A DNA stretch of 63,323 nucleotides, filler included, from Kipferlia bialata (Eukaryota), in NCBI GenBank assembly GCA_003568945.1. It is 5 parts of 5 records of this genome, joined end to end, with 100 filler letters (N's around TTAATTAATTAA, not from the genome) between each part and the next. Parts side by side here need not be neighbours in the genome. Positions count along the whole stretch, not along the records: positions 14,468 to 28,831 come from BDIP01000828.1; positions 28,932 to 43,277 come from BDIP01000830.1; 3 more parts are not named here. One strand, written 5' to 3'. Made by a program: the position numbers and the translations under genes. Shown here one piece after another: positions 25,643-37,897 of this stretch (position 1 is the first letter of the stretch; each line of letters opens with the position of its first letter). The notes beneath the pieces were generated by a model. The model had not been told where the DNA came from, searched no databases, and was given only the letters and a program-made list of their open reading frames with translations.

Positions 25643-25999
25643 GTGTGATACCGATAGGCACCTATCTGGTAGTGAGGGCAAGATCCCGTGTCAATAGAAT
25701 GTATAGATACTCATGTTCGGAGCAGTTTTCTTAGATTTCCGAGATGAAGGGTCATTATGGAGGTGTTATTAACAGGCACTGTTGTGAAGAGATACTACAA
25801 CACGATCATTCTTCTGCAAATGCGGCACTTGAAATCTTAACGTTTGTAGAAACACCATAAACCCCTTGTGCTATACGGTGAGCGGTCTGGTTCGTCGATG
25901 CGCGATCTCCCCTCTCTACAACTATACTGTTGAGGCCCTCCTGTACATTGCGCGTAGACCCCTATCTCGACAGCTGAAGTGGAGCTGTACTCACGCACA

Positions 26000-28285
26000 A
26001 TGGCCACCCCGGCAGTGGCCCCACCAGGGGAGGAGACCCCACCCGACAACCCCACCCCTACTGTGCCTATATCTGAGGGAGAGGAGGAGGAGGATGCATC
26101 CGAGCCCCCCCTGCCCATCGAGCAGTGCCCATCCACATTCCCCATGAAGGAGACGTCCCTGCTGACCATGCCCAAGAGGTAGGGTGCCGGGTATACAGAT
26201 ACCACTACACGGTCGGGTATAGCATAGTCAATGGCCCCCCACACGTTCCCTGCTGGCTCCCCCTCCTGCTTCCCCCTCAATGCCTCCTACTAACCCCCAG
26301 GGTGTATGTCCCCTCCTCTAGGAACTGTCTCTGGTGCCAGAAGTTCTGTCTGGGTGTCATGTTCTTTGAGTGCAGTGTCCTCTTCGCCCTGGTCCTTGTC
26401 CTGGGTCTGTTTGTGTTCATCACAATCGATCTGGCAAGGGCAGTGCCAAGGTTAGTGTGTATGAGTCCAGACTGTTGAGTCTGGGGACTATTGTATTGAG
26501 CTATATTTATCCATGCCTATCTGACCCCCTCACACTCCCCCTCCCCTGACCCACTAGGGATGTCCCCATCCAGGTTGCCTCTATGGGGGATGAGCTATTT
26601 GCCCTTGGCGACCAGACAGACGGGGTGCGTCACTCTTCCTCCCTTTCTCTCTCTCACTCTCTCTTATAACCCACTCTCTCTCTCTTCCCTTCTGCCCATC
26701 ATTCTCTCACCCTCCAGCTCTTCTGGTTCCTCCAGCTCAGTGACCTCCATCTGAACGCTGGTGGGTGTCCCTTTGGATACTCTATTTATGTCCTCTAAGA
26801 GGACCTCTTTCTTAGATGAATAGAGACCTATTAGGTCTCTCAGAGTGAATATACTCTCTCTCTCTCTCTCCCCCCTCCCCCTCCCTCCCCACCTTACCTT
26901 TCAGAGCGCAACCCCTTAGCCACCATGAACTTTGAGTATCTGGTGGACAACGTCATACCAATCCTGTCCCCCCACTTCAATGTGGTCACAGGTACCTCTC
27001 TCTCTCCCCCTATCTATCTCCCTCTCTTCCCCCCCCCCCTCTTTCTGTTTTCTCTTCCATCCCCCCCCCACCCCAGGTGACATATCCGACTCCCGGCCTG
27101 AGACCCTCACCGGAGTGGCCTTTGGGTTTGTGCCTCTGGAGGAGGACTGGGTCCTGTACGAGGACATCCTAGAAGAGAACCTCCTCCTGGACCCATATTA
27201 CTGGGTGGACGTGAGGGGGAACCATGGTACGATGGGGTGATGTAGTAGTATATAGTGTAATGGTCTGGCTTGAGTGTATATCTTTCTCTTCCTTTTCTTT
27301 CTTTCTCTCTCTCTCACTCAATCCAGACACATACTCTGTGGACAGCTTCGAGTCTGAGTTCAACTACTACTGCAGTTACTCGGCCTTTGCCAGACTCCCC
27401 TTCATGTGCAACCACACCAGCATAGCAGACAAGTGAGTTCTGTGAATCACTAATATTCCTTCTCTGTGTGTATTGGGTCTCACTGTCAGTTACTCCCCCT
27501 CCCTCTCCCTCCCCTCCCACTAACCCCCAGGCCTGACCACTCCCACATGAACTCTGCCGTCTCCCTTGGTATGGGAGACACTGGGGTGGCCCTGCACGCT
27601 GCATTTGACTACCCTGAGGACGCAGAGATAGATATCCCTTGGGCAACCAGGCTGATATCAGCCGTCACAGTGCCCCTTACGGTGAGTAGTACACATACAC
27701 CTAACTATATATAGTGTCGCTCTCTCTCTACGCCCTCATCCCAGGATTCAGAGATTGAGCAGCGCCTGATTGTGGTTGAGTACGACTCCCCCATATCAGT
27801 CACATACCCAGACCCAGTCACCTCCACCCCCACCACCACATCTCTGTCAATGCCCACCAGCCTACTCGGTATAGACCTGAGTGGGTCGCTGTGGTCGCCC
27901 TTCTCATACTTTGCCATTTCAGACGCCGGTATCATCGACAACATAGGCCGCATCCTGCCAAATGTGAGTATGTATAGTATGTAAAGTACTAATGTGAGTA
28001 TGTATAGCATGTGTGCATCTCTCAGTGGTCAGACATCCTCTATTATATATTGTCTACATACATATATCCCCCCCTGACCTCCAGGTGAGAGTGGACATGG
28101 AGACCCCCTGCGCTGATCTTGCTGTCCTCATTGACGACCCCTCGCTCAGTGACGCATGCCCCTCCCCCCTGCTGATGTCCTTCTCCCACTTCACCATATC
28201 CTTCATGAGCAACCCAGACACACTCCTCAAGCCTCTTCTGGCATCTGGCGTCACCACCCACCTCGGTACGGCCATTCATATAATT

Positions 28286-28317
<32 letters not shown>

Positions 28318-28830
28318 CCTCTCTCCCTCTCTCTCTCACCTCTAAGGTGGTCACATGCACACCCCCATGGCCACTGGCAGTAGGCTGGACACCACAGTCG
28401 ATGAGTACAAGGCCCCGTATCTATACGACAGGTGAGGGGTGGCTTCATGGAATAGTGACCTATCTATACACACACTCTCCCTCTCTTCAAACCCTACGCT
28501 TTCCTCATATCTCTCTCACTCTCTTTCTGCCATCTAACGCTAGGCTGGCCCCTGACCTCAAGCGTCACGGCTCCATTGTTCTAAGTGCAGTGGATAGAGG
28601 GTTGCTGTCCACAGTGGAACTGACCCTGGAGAACAATATGGCAGCCTCCAACAACAGGTGGGTATCTATCTTATATACGGTTGCAGTATCAAATGTCGAT
28701 GTATTCTGACCCCAGTTGGGATGAGGACTATGAGAGCACCCAGATATCCTTCCAGTGGCCCGTGGTGCTGTGCACATCTCCCAAGCACGCCTCCTACCTG
28801 CACGACCTGGAGCCCAACCACCTAGTCACC
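26000..28830 (+). CDS. TMEM62-like calcineurin-family metallophosphoesterase with N-terminal TM helix; 3' truncated
   Basis: Hydrophobic VLFALVLVLGLFVFITI, then WFLQLSDLHL, VVT|GDISD, WVDVRGNH|D, SHFT, GHMH, AVDRGLLS and QWPVVLCTSPK, in TMEM62-like motif order. Confidence 0.8.
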
Positions 28831-28831
28831 T

Positions 28832-28931
28832 NNNNNNNNNNNNNNNNNNNNNNNNNNNNNNNNNNNNNNNNNNNNTTAATTAATTAANNNNNNNNNNNNN
28901 NNNNNNNNNNNNNNNNNNNNNNNNNNNNNNN
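28832..28931. other. Artificial contig linker
   Basis: N44-TTAATTAATTAA-N44. Confidence 0.97.
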
Positions 28932-29061
28932 TATATCTATATCTATATCTATATCTATATCTATATCTATATCTATATCTATATCTTTATCTATATATAT
29001 CACAATCTATATATCTATATCTATATCTACACTGATATATATGTCTATACCTATATATTTA

Positions 29062-29094
<33 letters not shown>

Positions 29095-29106
29095 GTCTAT
29101 ACTTAC

Positions 29107-32100
29107 CTATGTGGTCCCCGTGTCTGCCCTCGACGGTGTCGGCCTCAAACTGTAGGTTGTCGGCATACTCAACCTGGGAGTGAGTATATACATACATATA
29201 CAAACGTGCCAAAGAGTAAGTCATTAGCATACTCTCAAGGTATCTGTCATGAATAAGCATATATATATATAATATTATACATGTAGAATATAGATAGAAT
29301 AGCTGACATCACACACCAGCTCCTCCTTGGCCGTAAGGCATCTGTCACGGTATGGAATATATAATATTGACAGAATATGGAATATACAACACACCAGCTC
29401 CTCCTTGGCCTTCTCCGACATCTCAGGGTGCTCCTTGTCAAGGATCTGACGCAGCCCGGTGTCCTGTTGTGAGTATACAAGTATATACATATACGGAATT
29501 ATGTATATATACGTAAATCTATATATATATATACGTATACACGTAACAACACACAGTAACCACACGCTGGAATCACACTCACACTGAATCTGATACTGAC
29601 GCAGCTCGGTGTCCAGATATATGAGTATACAAGTAGAAATACGTAACCAACACCCTATGCTATCCAGTACATAAATCACTATATAGAAAGTGCTGCTGAG
29701 AGTGTAGACAATCGTGCCATTATTGACAGATAACAATACTCATGAAGAAACATGTGTGTCCGCGTAAGCTTGTACAGAAACCATATTCAAGGCACAGCAT
29801 TCTATACTATAAAAATACTTATAGCAGGCTCCTACTGACGAATAACATTGCATGTCACTTACCCTTGAGAAGTTGTGGGGGTCCCTAACAAGCCTGGGAT
29901 TAGAGAAGAAAGAGTGAGGCGGTGGAGTGAATATCATTACATACTGAATGTGTTTTGGACATGGAAATCGAAACAGTATATCACTGAGTATCATTGAATA
30001 CATCAACTTACACAATGATAGAGTGAACCATATATATTTAGAATATATATAAATATATTTACTCCCACACCGTACCTCTTTATGCAGTCCTCCTTGTAAG
30101 CCATGGGGTTGTTCTCATCAGCTGCATAGATGGCCATGAGCTCAGCCCTGTTGGTAAGATATATATGTATGTGCACATATACGTATATATGAATATGTAG
30201 AGAGAGACTGCTAGATGTAGATGACCTACACCATGAGCTCAGCCATAGTAGTAGGAGAGGAAGAGAGAGAGAGATCGAGAGGGAGAATGATCAAATAGAC
30301 CATAGGCTTACCACTATCCAAAAGATTCACATAATACACATATGTCAATGGAGTATATAAGTATACATATATTACTGTTGTATATACACCTTGACTTGTG
30401 GTCCTCAATGTCATCGGCAGCAGTATATACAATAATGCATATATGTGTATATATACTAATACATATACCCTACATACCTTGACTTGTGGTCCTCCATGTC
30501 ATCAACTGGCACCACACGGACTAGGCCATCACCGTCTGATATGAGACTGTTGTAGAGGTGTACATACATTTGTATTCACTATCAGTGATTAAGTGTAGTA
30601 GTAAACACAAAACCGGTATCATATACTAATCACTAATACGTACCATTACGGCCACAGAAGTCCTCCTGGTTGCAGTTGAACGCCTGGATCAACCCTGGGT
30701 GAGATACACGGAGGGAGATTACAGAAAGGTAAGGTAATGTGTACATATATATGGAGTACATTGCAGAGTATGTCAATATATGTCAATGAGTAGATATAAT
30801 GTATGAATCTTATCCCGGCCAGTTTGGTAAGTTTGAAACAGGAGCTTATGCATACCCTCATCTCCTAGACGCAGCATGTCGGTGACCTCCTCTGGCATCT
30901 GCGAGATAAGAGAGAGATGGGGAAGAGAAGGAGAGAGAGAGAGTCAGATGAAGAGATACTTGATGTGGGGTACCTGTGCGAGGTTGAGCTGCCAGAACAG
31001 AGACATGAGGCTGGGGGTGAGAGAGGTACATCAGAGAAACATACACACACACATATTTATACTGATATCTCCACTTGATGTGTATATATACGAATTCTAA
31101 TGCCATACACATACCCTCCGCAATTCTCGCATCTGGGTAACTCCTCATCTGTGCCCACATAGCCATAGCCACCCCTCTGAGGTGAGTCTGTCACACAATA
31201 TGTATAGCATACATTGTATATATGGATTAATGTTTATATCAATCCTTGGACAGATAGCCATACCCACCCCTCTGAGGTGAGAGGGAGATAAGTAGAGAGA
31301 GAGAAGGAGAAAAAGAGAGAGAGAGAGACCTCGTCAGTACCCACATAGCCATACCCACCCCTCTGGTGTGAGAGAGAGGAAGAGGCGGGGAGGGGGGAGA
31401 AGGGGAGAGGAAGGGAGAAGGGGAGAGGGAGAGAGACACCCGCACATCAATCCGACTCCCTAATGACTATTCAGAATCCTGCATAACCAAAAATGTCACG
31501 TTACACTATCATGTGTATACACATACATACATGTATATGCATACATACCTTGGAGTCAAGCAGTGATCCGATCACGGGCTCAGTTGTGGCCCCCTCCCCG
31601 CCCTCCTCTCCCTCTCCCTCACTGTCCTCCATGCCCATGCCCATCCCTGCCATGCCCTGTACCTGGGCAGTGTCCTGGCCCTAGGGTCAGTACCAGTATA
31701 TGTATATTAGTATTAAATGATTCCTCGAACATATAATACTAGTGTAATAGTATAGTATATGATGCAGATGCCCTGTCCCTGGGCATTGTCCTGGCCCTGG
31801 TGTCAGTATCAGTATCAACTATATATAATAGATGATACCTCGTATATAGAGTAATAGTGTATTAGTCTATGATGTAGACACCCTGTCCCTGGGCAGTGTC
31901 CTGTCCCTAGTGTCAGTATCAGTATCAATAATACATATGTGGTGGTTCCATGCTTACGATGCATCAGAATCAGTGTCAGTTATCATAATCATATGATACG
32001 TTGCATATGATGCAGTATGTAGTATCAATATCAGTCTTATACATACATTCTTGTATATCAGTATCAGTATCATATTGTACCTCGTATATGATGTAGTATG

Positions 32101-33847
32101 CAGTGCGGTAGTGCCCGTCCAGGCACCTGTGCAGCAGGGCACCCATGTTCTCCTTCACTGACATTAAGGGTGTAGAGGGAGAGAGAGAGAGAGAGGGAGT
32201 TGTTATGCATTATATGTCCCTGACGTGTGGGTCCTAGGGCACTCTATATTTACACAAATACTGCACTTTCATCAATGCATACATAGGTAGGTATGTGTCC
32301 AGTACCTGATATGGTGTCCTTGTCCACACACTTCAATGATTATGCCCGGTAGAGAGAGAGAGAGAGAGAGAGAGGTACCTGGTATGATGTCCTTGACGGG
32401 AGGGTCCTCGGGGATGACAACCTCAGCCTCTGCCTCAACCTCCTCAACCTCCTCCTCACTCTCCTCCCCCTCACTCTGTCTCTTGATGGCTGGGGGGGCG
32501 GGGGATCCCTTGGCTGCGTGGAACCTGCAGTACCCAGCAGCATTCAGCTAGAGGTGAGTGGGTCACTGCATATACATATTATATACATTAAGAAGAGTAT
32601 TGCTTACATATGCATGTATTATATGATATTGACCAGTCAGTACCCAGCAGCATTCAGCTGGGGTGGGTATTAACATGAATGGATACTATTTAAAAGTCAC
32701 ACCATGCATGTGCATAGATAGGGAGATAAACTTGAGGATTTAGATTGTATTTATGTGTATGTAGACTGCATATACCTTTGTCTGTGTGCATGGGTCTCCA
32801 TTCTTCTTGATTCCCCTACACACAGTCACTTCCTGAAGGTAAGAAGATACGTATTCAAATGTGTTTCATCTTTGTAGGAAGGAAGGACACCAACAATATT
32901 TCCTCCTCACCGTGAGGGGAGGGATAAGGGGGCTCAAAGAACACTTCCATGGCCATATACACGTAATTATACATATGCCAAGTCATATACAAACATACAT
33001 CCTCCTCTTCCTCCATAACTGGCAGCATCCCCTATAATACCACTCATATGCCATATACGTATGTATACAACCATTCCTCCTCCTCCTCCTCCATCACTGG
33101 TATCATCTCCTCCATATGTATCATATGTTCACTAATATACTAATCAATAGAAGTATATATATAAGTGTATATGTATCATTATACCTCCTCCTCCTCCACC
33201 ATCACTGGCAGCATCTCCTCCAGCATCTCTGGACAGGGGGGTGGGCACTTGCCACCTGGGGTTCCGGTATGCACAGGGGCAGCCTGGGGTCAGTATCAGT
33301 ACCAATAAATATGAAATATATATACAAATATTGATGAATATATCTATAATGGGCATATATAAATACATATGTCTAAAGAAATACAGGGAATACATATATT
33401 GTAGTATATATATACACTTCCCCTGCCTTGGGTCCCCTGGGTGCCTTGCCTGGAGGTGCACAGCGGATGGCCTGAGGGTCAGAGAAGAATACATGTGTGT
33501 ATGAGTATATATACAATAGAAATACATATTGAAACAATATAGAGACTGATACTGATACTAGGTGTGCACATAGGATGGCCTGAGGAACAGAGGAGGCTAA
33601 GGAAGAAAACATGGGGGTATATTTACGGTAGACTCTCTTCGTATTTGCCAATACCTTGTCCCCAGCCAGCTCGTAGTATCTCTCCCAGGCCTCCTCCTCA
33701 CAGGATATGGTACATGGTGTGTATATATACAATACAACATATACATATATACATATATATCCATTTACCTTCTCCCCTGCTAACTCGCAGTATCTCTCCC
33801 TGGCCTCCTCCTCACATGATATTATATATATAGAATATGGTATATAT

Positions 33848-33881
<34 letters not shown>

Positions 33882-34238
33882 CCATTTACCTTGTCTCCTG
33901 CTAACTCGCAGTATCTCTCCCTGGCCTCCTCCTCACATGACAGGACATTATGAACTATATATATATATATATATATATATAGATAGATATACATATATAT
34001 ATATAGATACCTTGTCCCCTGCCAGCTCCCAGTATCTCTCCCTGGCCTCCTCCTCACAGGACAGGACATGGGTGGCCTCCATACCATCGGCCTTCTTCCA
34101 GCTAGAGGTTAGAGGGTGATAGAATATCACTGACAGTGATATCATACACATTAATGTATACATATAGAGATAGGGGGGGGGGAGAGAAGACATGGGTCTT
34201 CTTCCAGCTGATATCAATTATATATACATATAGGTAGA

Positions 34239-34278
<40 letters not shown>

Positions 34279-34378
34279 ATGAGTGGCCTCCATGCCATCG
34301 GCCTTCTTCCAGCTAGAGGTTAGTGTGATGTATACGTATATGAAAGAATAACAATATATGTATACATATATATATGAA

Positions 34379-34415
<37 letters not shown>

Positions 34416-35267
34416 GAGAGAGAGTGAGTAAATGTGTGGCCTCCATACCATCGGCCTTCTTCCAGCTGGTATAAGAGGAGCTGGGTATATATAGATATAT
34501 ATAGGTATATATAGATATATATATAATATGGAAAGAGAGAGAGAGATAATGACGATCTTCACGATATGGTATTTCTTCCAGATAGAGGTGGGAGAAGAGT
34601 GATATTAATAAATATACAAGGAGAGAGAAAGAGGGGAGAGGGGGGGTAAGCAACTATTCAGGAGGAATACATATACTCTGTGTGCCGTTACATATGTATA
34701 TGTATTACCTCTGTGTCCCGTTCTTGTCTGCCTTGTTGATAGAGTAATACATATGTTAATATATATATTGCAATTCTGTATATTTATAGAGAGAGAGAGT
34801 ATTAATTAATACATATATGCCTCTGTGTCCCATTCTTGTCTGCCTTGTTGATGTATGTCCTGCCATCATTGCCACGCATCACAGTGCCTGTCAGGTTAGT
34901 GCCACATCATATACACTGTATATACTATATTCCTCATCTAGGATATGACTCTCATCATTGCCACGTATCACAGTGCCTGTCAAGTTAAGAATCACCTCAT
35001 ACACACTGTATATAGTATATATACACACTTGGATATGCCTCCCATATTGCTAAGAGTGAACTATTTTGTGTCTACTTGGATAAGGTTAGTCTTGTAATGC
35101 ATTGCGGGCAGTAGCAGAAGGATATGAGACAGAGCACTGCACACAGACAGTATTGTCACAGAGTGATCGGTTCCAAATCGAAGAAGAACCTCAGACTGAT
35201 ATATCTATCCCTTACCTAGCTCTGCAGCCTTTCCAGAGAGGGGGACACTGGGTCTCTTCTGAAACAT
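29107..35267 (-). CDS. Hypothetical multi-exon protein with N-terminal RPS..GNDG..NG..WKK motif and a CCCH-type (DUF5763-like) zinc finger; 3' truncated
   Basis: Exons [70 protein letters not shown] .. [29 protein letters not shown] .. acidic stretches; about 17 short exons with YTRAC-CCC-AG acceptors. Confidence 0.65.
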
Positions 35268-35581
35268 TAGAGAGAGGGAGGAGAGAGAAGGAGAGACAAT
35301 GGAAGAGGAGTGACTGAAGGTGTCACCAATTACTCTCTGGTACGTCATTGCTGTTATTTCACTAGCAATACCACCGATATGCTACCTGGTACTTCTTGGG
35401 GATATCACCCAGGTTGACGTGAATGACCTCTGGCATTTGTGGTGGTGTGGATAGCTATGTGGGTGAACAGTGGGTAATTTGGCTGTCTCAAACGATGTCG
35501 CAAAAGGGTTCAAGTGTTTTTGTTTAGCTTGGCTCAAATTGAAGCATTTGGAGGCAGATCTCTCTCGAGGGTAACAACACA

Positions 35582-35977
35582 ATGGGTGTCTCTCCCCCTG
35601 TTACCGACAGTGCCACAGTGGAGGTGCAGGCCAAGAGGGCGACTCGGAAGGAGACGTTGGTGGGTACGTAAGGGTGATGTGCATTAGAAGATGCAGGAAG
35701 CACTGGTCAATATTCGTCCTCCTCTTCATCTGGTATCCTTACAGTACTTCTCTCACCTTCCAGCCATAGCCTATGCTGCCCTCTACGGTATCTTCTGCCT
35801 GAGGGTGAGTCGCTGATGTGTCAGGGAGACGCGAATCTGCATATTGAAACGGCATATGCAATACGCCCATTGCCTATATCTGACCCCCAGGGCTGTAACT
35901 ACATTCCCGCTCTTGGGCGTGTGAGGGCATACTTCACAGACATCCCAGCCGGTACGGATAGATCTCCTGTGTATCAC

Positions 35978-36015
<38 letters not shown>

Positions 36016-37539
36016 TTCAACTTACTCTCTCTCTATCACTGTGTCCCCATTCTCTTACTGTCAGGTCAAGGTCAATGTGAGCAGGCTCAGTGGTGACATC
36101 AAGAGGGTGTACTCAGCTGTGGTTCAGGTACCATACCATGGCAGTATATGTATACTACTCTCTGGTGCTATCTATAGGTCAGCCTCCTCTGACACCACTA
36201 GGCCGGACATGACGGCATCACTGTCAAGGAGATCAGGACAGCCACGTCCCTGTCCCAGGTCATTGTGTCCAAGGCACTCAAGGGTACGGCCTCTCCCTCT
36301 CTCTTCTTCTCTTTCTACTCCACCTGGTCTTCCACATTGTCTTCCGCATCATGTCTTTCTCTCACTCACCCTCTCTCCCTCTCTCTCCCTCCCCCCCACC
36401 CTCAGGCCTTGAGTCCTTCCAGATGGTGTCCCAGGTCAGATCAGTGACACAGGGGAGCAAGAAGGTGTGTAGTGTTATGAATGTCTCCTTTCTCCACCTC
36501 ACCAGTTCTGTATCTCTCTCTCTGACTCTAGGTGTATATCCTGATGGGCCTCCGCCCGTCCGCTGAGATCACTGGAGGTCCCTGGTACCAGGTATGTATG
36601 ACAGTGTGTGTATGTGTATGTATGTTATGGCTCAGTCCCCACTCTGCTGTGCTTCTGTCTACACATTCATACATTGCATCAGTACGCAGTGTCTGACTCT
36701 AGGGCTCCACATTCGATGAGGACCTTGTGGAGAGGCTGGTCACAAAGGCCCAGGTGAGACGACCTTTTAGTGTTGGTGCACTACTGTGGAGAGTCCTCTC
36801 CGATTCCTATATGCTTTGACTGCTGTTATTATCGCAGCAATTCGGTTGCATAGTGTTTTCATATTTCGAATACTGGTTGCTCACACTGCCAGCTGCATAT
36901 TTCCAGTGAGTTGTATTATTCGCTGCACAGTGTTCTAGTAGTATAGTATAGTAGCATGGCCACAGCCTCTCTGACTGTCAGATGTGCATTGCCAAGACCA
37001 AGATGAACGGTGCGTCTGTGGCCAAGGTCACCAGTCAGCTGCAGGCCAGTGGTGAGACCACAAAGGCCCTGAAGCCTGAGGACGTGGCTAGGTGAGACAG
37101 ACCTATGGGGTCCCTGCTCTATTGTCAGCTCTCTCTAGTCTCACACTAGGCTACTGGATGCTATGGTGGCAGAGGGTCTGTTGGAGAGGATCCAGACACG
37201 TGGCCAGGTGGGTGTTACTCTCTCTCTTCCGCCTCTTCTCTCTCTCTCTATCCTCCCCTGACCCCTAGAACCTGTATGTGTGTGTGTCAGCTATGGTGGG
37301 TGATGACGAGGTGCACTCGGTGTTGCCAGAGCTCTGCTACTCTGTGTGTGTACCCTGCATGCGGTGCCCAGTCAGGAACAGGTAGCATGCTCTGCACTTA
37401 TGCTCTTACACTCTCAACTACATATGAATATATTCTCTTCATTGCTCATCCCAGGTGCAGGAGTGGCAACGTGCTCTGCCCAGAGAAGTGCCAGTATATG
37501 AAGGCCTGGATGGATGGGGATGTGTCAATGACACAGTAA
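35582..37539 (+). CDS. RPC6: RNA polymerase III subunit RPC6 (C34/C39)
   Basis: DIKRVYSAVVQ|AGHDGITVKEIR..VSKALK|GLE..VRSV..KK|VYILMGLRPSAEITGGPWY..FDEDLV and C-terminal PCMRCPVRNRCRSGNVLCPEKCQYMKAWM; 5' exons and start uncertain. Confidence 0.88.
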
Positions 37540-37815
37540 ATTCCAAGTCAGTGAATCATCATTCCGTTACTGAGCACTCAGTGAGTAGATCTTATCTGAC
37601 ACTTGTACACCTAGTCACCTACTAGTACAAAACTGCATCAATCAACCAATTCTTTACCGCACACACACACAAGATTGGGTTCTTCATTTTTATTGTTCCT
37701 ACAGAGCAGATGTCCGGCTGACAAACGATCCGCCAACACCCACAAAAAATCATAAGGAAAGGGGTGCTTTGTCTGGGCTGTTAGACCCAGCCATCGCTAG
37801 GGGGCTGCAACCAGA

Positions 37816-37865
37816 TTAGTCGAGCTCCTCAACGGTGGGGCCGGCGCCGGCAGTGGGAGCGGGGT

Positions 37866-37897
<32 letters not shown>

